DNA of 24,000 bases. Origin: Citrobacter sp. ANG330. Its GTDB lineage: Bacteria; Pseudomonadota; Gammaproteobacteria; Enterobacterales; Enterobacteriaceae. Of this stretch, positions 1 through 6,841 are shown piece after piece. Position numbers and translations under genes: made by a program. The DNA lies in the NCBI RefSeq assembly GCF_047467925.1, contig NZ_JASJUI010000011.1, positions 96,281 to 120,280 on the forward strand. The letters are read 5' to 3'. Position 1 is the first letter of the stretch. Every line of letters begins with the position of its first letter. The notes under the pieces were generated by a model. It saw only the letters and a list, made by a program, of their open reading frames with translations, ran no database searches and had not been told where the DNA came from.

Positions 1-396
1 AATATGTTCGATCGATCCCGGCGGATGCGGCTGAGAAATGCGATCTGCGCCGGGCTGGGTTAAAAGCAGATAGATATCGCGCCGCGCACCCGGTGGGCAG
101 GCGGCCAGCAAAATCGCCTGATAGTGCGCCTGCTCAGCCACCACTTTTGTGCCCTCACCGCAGCGGATCACCTGCGTTTTTTGCATCTGTGGCTCCAGCA
201 ACTGCGCAAAGGGAATATCCAGCGCCACACAGAGCGACCAGAGGGTTTCCAGACTAGGATTACCCTTGCCCGCTTCCAGTTGAGAGAGCGTCGACTTGGC
301 GATCCCCGCCCGCCTGGCGATTTCTGCCAGAGATAGCCCCGTCCGCTGACGTTCACGAACCAGACTTTTAGCAATCACGCTGATGGGTTGTGTCAT
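1..396 (-). CDS. XRE-family HTH transcriptional regulator with probable C-terminal cupin-like region (start in window, 3' end runs off the window)
   Basis: Absent from the ORF track because no stop lies in the window. The reverse complement from ATG 396..394 reads MTQPISVIAKSLVRERQRTGLSLAEIARRAGIAKSTLSQLEAGKGNPSLETLWSLCVALDIPFAQLL..., a canonical Cro/XRE helix-turn-helix. The frame stays open to position 1 (132 codons). It is divergent from azlCD. Confidence 0.8.
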   Translation of the reverse strand, partial: MTQPISVIAKSLVRERQRTGLSLAEIARRAGIAKSTLSQLEAGKGNPSLETLWSLCVALDIPFAQLLEPQMQKTQVIRCGEGTKVVAEQAHYQAILLAACPPGARRDIYLLLTQPGADRISQPHPPGSIEHI

Positions 397-412
397 ACAC
401 CACTCCATTTTT

Positions 413-482
413 ATATCGAACGAATCGTTCGTCTTGTAAAACATCTTTGTTGCGTTCATTATAATGGAAATTCGTTCGATAT
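413..482. promoter_or_regulatory. Candidate operator/promoter region for the divergent XRE regulator and azlCD: three copies of a TTCGTTCGA-type half-site plus a TATAAT box
   Basis: ATATCGAACGAA (413-424) and TTCGTTCGATAT (471-482) form a perfect 12-bp inverted repeat. CGAACGAATCGTTCG (417-431) is a 15-bp palindrome. A perfect TATAAT lies at 460-465, 27 nt before the azlC ATG. Confidence 0.5.
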
Positions 483-491
483 GGCTAAATC

Positions 492-1151
492 ATGAAGCAC
501 ATCTTCTCCTGCCTGAAGGCAGATACGATCAAAGCAATTTTCCTGGTCTGCCTGGCAGTGGGCGTGGTGGGGATGTCCTACGGCTCACTGGCGATGGCTT
601 ACGGCTTCCCGGTCTGGGTGCCGTTTGTCCTCTCTATTTTTGTGCTGGCGGGCGCATCCGAATTCATGTTTATCGGCATTGTCGCCAGTGGCGGTAATCC
701 GTTAGCCGCCGCTGCCGCAGGCTTGCTGGTAAACGCCCGACATATCCCGTTTGGCGTGACGGTACGCGACCTGGTCGGCACCCGTGCGGCGAGTTTTTTC
801 GGCTGCCATATTATGAACGACGAAAGCGTGGTATTCGGCCTGTCGCAGAAAACCCCGGAGCAGCGCAAAGCAGCCTACTGGCTGTGCGGCCTCGGCGTCG
901 CTATTCTGTGGCCGCTGGGAACGTTACTGGGTACGGTCGTGGGTCAGATGCTGCCTGCTCCGGAAACCATCGGGCTGGACGCCGTGTTCCCGGCAATCCT
1001 GCTGGCACTCGTCGTCCCGGCGTTTAAAAACCGCACCACCCTGGTTCGTGGCCTGAGCGGCGCCGTCGTGTCGCTCGCCGCCGTGCCCTTTGCGCCGGTC
1101 GGACTGCCGGTTCTGCTCTCCCTGCTGGGCTTACTGACGAGGAAAAAATAA
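492..1151 (+). CDS. azlC: AzlC-family branched-chain amino acid exporter, large subunit (YgaZ-like)
   Basis: 219-aa polytopic membrane ORF. It overlaps by 1 nt a small hydrophobic AzlD-like ORF, the typical azlCD pairing. Confidence 0.75.
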   Translation: MKHIFSCLKADTIKAIFLVCLAVGVVGMSYGSLAMAYGFPVWVPFVLSIFVLAGASEFMFIGIVASGGNPLAAAAAGLLVNARHIPFGVTVRDLVGTRAASFFGCHIMNDESVVFGLSQKTPEQRKAAYWLCGLGVAILWPLGTLLGTVVGQMLPAPETIGLDAVFPAILLALVVPAFKNRTTLVRGLSGAVVSLAAVPFAPVGLPVLLSLLGLLTRKK

Positions 1152-1474
1152 TGGGCAACATGACGCTTTTCATTATCGGTATTGCCATTTTATCGGCGGG
1201 GACCTATTTGATGCGCCTCGGCGGCGCCAGACTCGGCAGCCGCCTGGCGCTTTCGGAGCGCTCTCAGGCGCTGTTATCCGATGCCGCCACGGTTCTGCTG
1301 TTTTCCGTCGCCCTGGCCACGACCTTCTACGAAGGAGAACATTTTGCCGGTATGGCACGCGTCCTCGGCGTCGCATTCGCGGTTTTCCTCGCCTGGCGCA
1401 AGATGCCGCTGATTGTGGTGATCGTCGCCGCCGCCGTGGTAACCGCGCTGCTGCGAATAACAGGGATACAGTAA
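1151..1474 (+). CDS. azlD: AzlD-family branched-chain amino acid exporter, small subunit (YgaH-like)
   Basis: 107-aa protein with about 4 TM segments, translationally coupled to azlC (TAATG overlap at 1151). Confidence 0.7.
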   Translation: MGNMTLFIIGIAILSAGTYLMRLGGARLGSRLALSERSQALLSDAATVLLFSVALATTFYEGEHFAGMARVLGVAFAVFLAWRKMPLIVVIVAAAVVTALLRITGIQ

Positions 1475-1499
1475 AAAAGCGCCCGTGGGCGCTTTGTTA
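1473..1499. terminator. Bidirectional rho-independent terminator between convergent azlD and the P-loop kinase gene
   Basis: AAAAAAGCGCC-CGTG-GGCGCTTTGTT: a GC stem (1479-1483 / 1488-1492) flanked by an A-run and a T-run. On the minus strand it reads with a T6 tail. Confidence 0.7.
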
Positions 1500-1506
1500 G
1501 GGTCGT

Positions 1507-2067
1507 TCAGGTTTTCTCTATCTGTTCGCCTATCCAGGCGATAACGGCGTCCATATCCGGCGTTTGCTGTTGGTCAACCGTGAATACCGGCCCGAGCCGC
1601 ATTGGCTCAGCGTGTTCTGCCAGTTGCGCCAGTTCGGGTAAATACTCCTCACCGGGATGACCTGGTTTACGATCCTGTAAGCGAGTCGCATAACGCGTCA
1701 CCGCCAGCTCAGGCGTGATCTGGTTCCACACCTCCACCACCTTCTCAACGCCCGCCTGCTGCAACAACTGCTGTAATGTCTCCCGAGGCTGGAAGCCAAA
1801 CCAGGCGTCAACCAGCCAGACAACGCTTGCCGGAGAGTGGCCAATGATCGACCAGATCACCTCATAGGCCGCACAGCCCAACTGCCGGTTGAAAGGCCGG
1901 TCGATATCCGTAAAGCGTGCCATAAACGGCTCTTTGATCCCATCAATCGTCAGCAGCGGCAGACTGAATGTCCCGGAGAGCTGACGGGTAATCGTGCTTT
2001 TGCCTGACGCGGGGACCCCGTTGATTAAAATGACTGTTTTACAGTCTGGCGAGAGGTGTCTTTTCAT
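1507..2067 (-). CDS. P-loop NTPase / small-molecule kinase-like protein (AAA_33 / chloramphenicol-phosphotransferase-like fold by motif)
   Basis: 186 aa with Walker A GVPASGKST near the N-terminus. The start overlaps the upstream EIIA stop by 4 nt, so it is the last gene of the PTS operon. Confidence 0.6.
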   Translation of the reverse strand: MKRHLSPDCKTVILINGVPASGKSTITRQLSGTFSLPLLTIDGIKEPFMARFTDIDRPFNRQLGCAAYEVIWSIIGHSPASVVWLVDAWFGFQPRETLQQLLQQAGVEKVVEVWNQITPELAVTRYATRLQDRKPGHPGEEYLPELAQLAEHAEPMRLGPVFTVDQQQTPDMDAVIAWIGEQIEKT

Positions 2068-2501
2068 AGCAGCGCGACCACCTCTTCCCGGGAATTTGCC
2101 GCCCGCAGCTTCGCCATGCGTTCATCGTTATCCAGTAACGCGACAATAGCGCGTATGCCCTCTTCGATATGCGCATTACTGTCCTGTGCGCCAAACATAA
2201 TGACAATGTCGGCGGCTTCACTGTCAGCAAACTGAATCGGCGTATTGAGTAATACCATGCTAAAACAGTTACGCTTCACACCACACTCAGGCCGCGCATG
2301 GGGGATCGCAACGCCCTCATCAAACACATAATACGCTCCGTGACTGAGGGTATTATCGATCACCGCCTGTCCGTATTCCGCTGAAATATACCCTTTTGCG
2401 ACCAATGGACGGGCCGCCAGTTGAATCACCTTCTGCCAGTCAGTTTCCGCTACGCCAACCTGAATCGCATCGGCCTCGATAAGTAATTCTTTTATCGTCA
2501 T
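2064..2501 (-). CDS. PTS EIIA component (EIIA-2 fold, mannitol/fructose/ascorbate type)
   Basis: 145 aa. The motif GVAIPHARPE carries the phosphorylatable His typical of EIIA-2 proteins. The size matches SgcA/UlaC-type EIIA. Confidence 0.8.
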   Translation of the reverse strand: MTIKELLIEADAIQVGVAETDWQKVIQLAARPLVAKGYISAEYGQAVIDNTLSHGAYYVFDEGVAIPHARPECGVKRNCFSMVLLNTPIQFADSEAADIVIMFGAQDSNAHIEEGIRAIVALLDNDERMAKLRAANSREEVVALL

Positions 2502-2533
2502 GAAGACTCCCTAAGAGCTTAACGAATCCGGCT

Positions 2534-2803
2534 CTAAATATTTCGGCGAATAACATTACGTAGCTCATCTATACGCACAAAAAGCGTATCAATTTCCTGT
2601 CGGTGCGTTTGGCTTTTGGCATAAACTGACAACGCCCGATTATAGATAAGCATTAATGACTTCTGTATTTCGCCATTACCCGGATTGCCCTGCAGTTCAC
2701 CTTCCAGCCTGGCGATTTCTCCCGCCAGAACACGAGATTGTTCATCATAATCTTCCGGCGGGCGTGTTTCTTTTTTCCATAGCGACTTCAAAGATTCAAA
2801 CAT
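2534..2803 (-). CDS. Small hypothetical helical protein (89 aa) inside the PTS operon
   Basis: The track ORF is 2534..2851. I prefer the ATG at 2803 (MFESLKSLWKK...), which is preceded by GGGGGAT 4 nt upstream. I recognise no family motif. The sequence looks all-helical and charged. Confidence 0.45.
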   Translation of the reverse strand: MFESLKSLWKKETRPPEDYDEQSRVLAGEIARLEGELQGNPGNGEIQKSLMLIYNRALSVYAKSQTHRQEIDTLFVRIDELRNVIRRNI

Positions 2804-2862
2804 AGCGATCCCCCGCCCTGATGGACAACAGGGCAACAAAATATCATTCATTAATAACGGAG

Positions 2863-3705
2863 TTATTTAAATAACGCGATCTTTTCCATTAATACCTGGG
2901 TGACGGCATTATTTGCCGGAATTAAAAACTTACGTACGCTGTCATTCACTTTGCCTTTCTCAAAGGTATTTTTACACTGGTCGACCCACTGTACGTTCAT
3001 TTCCGTGCCGACATTCACTTTATTAATGCCTTCAGTGACGGCCAGGCGCATATCGTCGTCACTCACCCCTGTCCCCCCGTGTAATACCAGCGGAACACCG
3101 GTCGCGGCGCTGATCTCTTTCAGCCGCTGATGTTGAATTTGTGCCTTGCCGGTATACAGGCCGTGTACCGTACCCACCGACACCGCCAGCATGTCGACTC
3201 GTGTTTCATCAACGAAGCGTCTGGCATCTTCCACCGTCGTAAAGCAGATATCTTCTGCCGCCACCGCTTTACCATCCTCTGAGCCGCCGATGGCCCCGAG
3301 CTCGCCTTCTACCGTAATATTTCGCGGTCGCGCCATCTCCACTACGATGCGGGTATTACCGATATTTTCATCCAGCTCAAGATGCGAGCCGTCATACATG
3401 ACCGAAGAGAACCCGGCATTCATCGCCGTCTCAATGGCGCTGATATCAGAGCAGTGATCCAGATGCAGGCAGGTCGGGACATTCTCGCTCTCCGCCAGCG
3501 AACGCACCGCATCCACCAACAGGCGATAGCCCAGATATTCAGCCGTCCCGGTCGAGATCTGAATCATTAACGGGCTGTTCGTTTTTTGCGCCGCTTTAAA
3601 AAACGCGGGCAGCATTTCAATACAGTGCAGATTAAAGGATCCAATCGCTTTGAAATTTCTTTCCTGGCCGATTTTTAGGATCTCGTTGAAGTTATAAAGA
3701 CTCAT
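2863..3705 (-). CDS. Class II (metal-dependent) ketose-bisphosphate aldolase, GatY/KbaY/FbaA-like
   Basis: The track ORF 2863..3945 is over-extended. The homologous part starts at MSLYNFNEILKIGQERNFKAIGSFNLHCIEM... (ATG 3705, or 3711), giving about 280 aa as in tagatose/fructose-bisphosphate aldolases. Metal-ligand motifs HLDH and LVLHGGTG are present. Confidence 0.8.
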   Translation of the reverse strand: MSLYNFNEILKIGQERNFKAIGSFNLHCIEMLPAFFKAAQKTNSPLMIQISTGTAEYLGYRLLVDAVRSLAESENVPTCLHLDHCSDISAIETAMNAGFSSVMYDGSHLELDENIGNTRIVVEMARPRNITVEGELGAIGGSEDGKAVAAEDICFTTVEDARRFVDETRVDMLAVSVGTVHGLYTGKAQIQHQRLKEISAATGVPLVLHGGTGVSDDDMRLAVTEGINKVNVGTEMNVQWVDQCKNTFEKGKVNDSVRKFLIPANNAVTQVLMEKIALFK

Positions 3706-5059
3706 GAACATTTTCCCCTTTTGGCTTAGCGGATTTACCGTTGACGAACCACGCCAGTGCGGCAACAAAAACAATGAACAAGGCAACAAACAGCCAGTTA
3801 TTCTGGAAGGCGTGGCCCAGGACGAGGCCAGAGCTGATAACGTCTGAATCGCTGAACGTGACGCCGGTAAAACCGTAAGTTTCCAGCATCGGCACCAGAA
3901 TCGCTGGCAGGAAGGTGATGAACAAACCGTGAACCACACCCCCAATCATCGCGCCGCGACGACCGCCCAGCGCATTGCCAAAGACGCCCGCCGTCCCCCC
4001 GGCGAAGAAGTTGGTTAGCAGACCCGGTAGAATCATCGCCAGACCAAACATCGGGAAGACCAGCATGCCGATGATGGAACCGACGGTTGTCGCCAGGAAT
4101 CCGACAATCACTGCGTTGGGTGCATAAGGGAACAGAACCGGACAATCCAGCGCAGGCTTAGCGTCCGGGACGATACGCATGGCGATACCGCGAAACGCCG
4201 GAACCAGTTCGTTGAGCAATAAGCGTACGCCGCTGTAGAGCACGAAGACGCCAGCTACAAACTGAATGGACTGCATGAAGGCAAACATCAGGTAGTTAAC
4301 ACCGCCGGAAAACTGAGCGATATATTCCGGACCCGCCGCCAGCGCCGGAATGAGGTACATCGGCACCATCACGACCGCCATGGCGAGATAAGTATCCTGT
4401 AAGAACTTGAAGTTATCAGGTAACTCAAGATCTTCCGTGGAGCGAGACCCTTTGCCTACCACTTTAGCCACTGCGGCCTGGACCAGATAACCAATGGTGC
4501 AGAAATGTCCCAGCGCCACATCATCCGAGCCGGTAATGCGTCTGACCACCGGTTGCGCCAGCGCAGGCATCAATACCGCCATCACGCCGCCAAAAATCCC
4601 ACCGGTTAAAATCAGCGGCAGTCCGGTGAGGCCTGATTTATAGCCAATAACCGCGCCAATGGTCGCCATCCACAATAACGCCTGTCCGGTCAGGAAGATG
4701 TATTTCAGCGGTGTCAGGCGCGCAATAATGATATTGACGGCAAAAATCACCATGAGCGTTAACGCCACTTCCGAACCCAGTTCACGGTTCGCTAACCCGG
4801 CAATGGCGGCCACATCGGTAATATAGCCCTTCATGCCAAATCCCTGAGTAAAAATATCGTTCAGGAAGGTCAGCGTGGCGACAATAATATTAATGCCAGC
4901 CATCATGATTAAAAAACCAAGCAGCGTTTTAAACGTGCCTTCTGCGGTTTTCCCCGGCGATTTCTTTTGCAGGATCAGACCGAGCATCGCGATAAAAGCA
5001 ATTAATATCGATGCCTGCCCGAGCAAATCTTTAACGATGAATTCAACGATACTATTCAT
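3692..5059 (-). CDS. PTS EIIC permease, L-ascorbate (SgaT/UlaA, EIIC-GAT) family
   Basis: 455-aa polytopic membrane protein. Size and glycine-rich hydrophobic segments match UlaA/SgaT-type EIIC. It overlaps the EIIB stop and the aldolase start. Confidence 0.75.
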   Translation of the reverse strand: MNSIVEFIVKDLLGQASILIAFIAMLGLILQKKSPGKTAEGTFKTLLGFLIMMAGINIIVATLTFLNDIFTQGFGMKGYITDVAAIAGLANRELGSEVALTLMVIFAVNIIIARLTPLKYIFLTGQALLWMATIGAVIGYKSGLTGLPLILTGGIFGGVMAVLMPALAQPVVRRITGSDDVALGHFCTIGYLVQAAVAKVVGKGSRSTEDLELPDNFKFLQDTYLAMAVVMVPMYLIPALAAGPEYIAQFSGGVNYLMFAFMQSIQFVAGVFVLYSGVRLLLNELVPAFRGIAMRIVPDAKPALDCPVLFPYAPNAVIVGFLATTVGSIIGMLVFPMFGLAMILPGLLTNFFAGGTAGVFGNALGGRRGAMIGGVVHGLFITFLPAILVPMLETYGFTGVTFSDSDVISSGLVLGHAFQNNWLFVALFIVFVAALAWFVNGKSAKPKGENVHESL

Positions 5060-5366
5060 AATCGGCTACCTTCAGATTCCGCTCTTTTAAAAACGCGACG
5101 ATCTTAGCTTCAATTTCGTCTTTGTCCGTGAGCTTATTCAGTACCACAACCCGTTTAATTTCTTCTTCACTGGCATCCGCCGTTAAGATGTCAGCAAAGG
5201 TTTTTTGCGTCAGGATCATGTCAGATTTAAACGCGCCTGCTTCGGATACTGTGGTATGTTCGATATGCGCAGGAATTTCCAGTTTCTTTAAAACCGCTTT
5301 CGCCGTCATTTCAATAGCAAAACTTGAACCGAGGCCGCAGCCACATACGCAAAGAATTTTCAGCAT
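5052..5366 (-). CDS. PTS EIIB component (ascorbate/galactitol-type, Cys-phosphorylated)
   Basis: MLKILCVCGCGLGSS... has the N-terminal active-site Cys loop of UlaB/SgcB-like EIIB. I prefer ATG 5366, with GAGGAG 7 nt upstream, over the track start at 5381. Confidence 0.75.
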   Translation of the reverse strand: MLKILCVCGCGLGSSFAIEMTAKAVLKKLEIPAHIEHTTVSEAGAFKSDMILTQKTFADILTADASEEEIKRVVVLNKLTDKDEIEAKIVAFLKERNLKVADYE

Positions 5367-5377
5367 GTAAGGTCTCC

Positions 5378-6358
5378 TCAAATAATATTGAGTTGTTTGG
5401 CAAGTTTGTAATGATGTCCTTCTGTATCGACCAGACGTTTTTTCATACTTACGAGATCAATCGGAATAGGTTTATTGCTTTGATTAATAATAATTGCTTT
5501 ATTTTTCATCCCTGACTGAATGCACCGAACCACTTCGCTCGCCATAATGGTGCCCTGATAAATTTCTTCACAGGTCGGATCGCCATTACGTAAACCGTAA
5601 CCGACAATGGTTTTCCGAATTCGCTCGCCGATACGCGGTTCGAGTTGTTTAATCATGGTATCAATCGCCCCCTGAAAACCGGGGGAATATTCTCTGGTGT
5701 AGCCTTCTGAGCACAGAATTATCACGCTGTTCTGGGTGGCCAGTTTTTGCTTTACCCGTTCTGCTAAAGCTTCAAGCGACATCTGGGACTCTGGAATCAG
5801 GGCGATATCCGCATTGCATTTAATCGCAGATTGCAGGGTTAATTCGCCACAATAGCCACCCAATAACTCCACCATAAACACGCGACCGGGTAGGGCTCTG
5901 CCCGTATTTCGTAAACGAGAAACCTCCTTAATAATCTGTTCGCAGGCAGTCGAAAAACCAATCGTATAATGACTACCGTAAACATCATTATCGATGGTCA
6001 TGCCCACACCAAAACAATTAATATCAAATTCGCTCAGGGTATTGAGAAACTGTAAACTGCCGTCGCCGCCAGCCATAATCAGTACATCAATGTGCAGCGA
6101 CTTGAGTTTTCTGGCGATCGTTTCATATTCGCTACGCTGCAATTTACGGGTTGTTCTTCCCGAGGTAATAATGGGTATCGCTGCAATGGAAAAATCGACC
6201 AAATCACGCCACGCCACGTCATGGTGATTTTTCTCCAGCAAACCGGGGATCCCACCATTGAATAAGGTAATTTTTGCATCCGCGAGTCTGGCGATCTGGA
6301 ATATAAAGTTATTAATTCCAGAAACATCGCCACCACTAATGACAATACCAATTTTCAT
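5378..6358 (-). CDS. PfkA-family (ATP-dependent 6-phosphofructokinase-like) sugar-phosphate kinase, divergent
   Basis: From ATG 6358 (GGAGGA 6 nt upstream) it reads MKIGIVISGGDVSGIN... with GGDGS, TIDND and GGYCGEL motifs aligned to PfkA. It is 326 aa against 320 aa for PfkA. The track start at 6430 adds 24 unsupported residues. Confidence 0.75.
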   Translation of the reverse strand: MKIGIVISGGDVSGINNFIFQIARLADAKITLFNGGIPGLLEKNHHDVAWRDLVDFSIAAIPIITSGRTTRKLQRSEYETIARKLKSLHIDVLIMAGGDGSLQFLNTLSEFDINCFGVGMTIDNDVYGSHYTIGFSTACEQIIKEVSRLRNTGRALPGRVFMVELLGGYCGELTLQSAIKCNADIALIPESQMSLEALAERVKQKLATQNSVIILCSEGYTREYSPGFQGAIDTMIKQLEPRIGERIRKTIVGYGLRNGDPTCEEIYQGTIMASEVVRCIQSGMKNKAIIINQSNKPIPIDLVSMKKRLVDTEGHHYKLAKQLNII

Positions 6359-6486
6359 TGCGTTTCCTCCGAAGCACCCGTGGAAACATTTTTCCCTGAC
6401 TTCAAGCCTGTTATTTGCAATGAAGATCACATTATGATGATAAATTCCGTAGCGCGGAATATTGACAGGATGATTACATGGTTGTT

Positions 6487-6508
6487 TTTTGTGACTAACA
6501 TCTCATTT
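6487..6508. promoter_or_regulatory. Candidate CRP-binding site (TGTGA-N6-TCTCA)
   Basis: TTTTGTGACTAACATCTCATTT compared with the consensus AAATGTGATCTAGATCACATTT. The left half is perfect and the right half matches 4/5. It lies in the divergent control region. Confidence 0.4.
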
Positions 6509-6634
6509 TAAGAGGGTGCATCCGCGAGGCATCCATTTTTAATTTCGTTAATTATCATTGCGTTAATTGACACAGAAATCTTTTCTTTTAAGCGGTTGTC
6601 TTCCGCTTCCTGCATCGATGTTATGAAAAGAGAG

Positions 6635-6656
6635 AAATGTGAGAAATATCGCATTT
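6635..6656. promoter_or_regulatory. Candidate CRP-binding site (TGTGA-N6-TCGCA)
   Basis: AAATGTGAGAAATATCGCATTT matches the 22-bp CRP consensus at all flanking AAA/TTT positions and at 9 of the 10 core half-site bases. Confidence 0.5.
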
Positions 6657-6841
6657 TTTTGCGACCGGGAGGTTTATTTACGCCTTATTTCGTTCTGCCT
6701 CACTTTGCAAACTGTGGGCTTGCGCACAAAGCCTGTTGATGCTTAGCCCACATTATGTCACTCCGCTCAGACATATTGCCGCTCATCACAACACGGTCTC
6801 CTCGTTAAAATCTTCATAACGCGTTTTAACGGAGTTCCTTT

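Noticed and set aside
3706-3945. 80-codon N-terminal extension of the aldolase ORF, as given in the track (start 3945).
   Set aside because: The extension overlaps the 3' end of the EIIC gene in another frame and translates to Cys/Trp/Ser-rich nonsense. Aldolase homology and a good SD begin at ATG 3705/3711.
3798-4145. 115-aa alternative-frame ORF on the minus strand (the same strand as the EIIC gene, in a different reading frame), lying entirely inside the EIIC gene.
   Set aside because: It is embedded in a convincing membrane-protein frame. The translation is Arg/Gly-rich with no motifs.
6359-6430. 24-codon N-terminal extension of the PfkA-like ORF (track start 6430).
   Set aside because: The PfkA-family N-terminus (MKIGIVISGGD) begins at ATG 6358, which has a strong GGAGGA SD. 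The upstream start has none.
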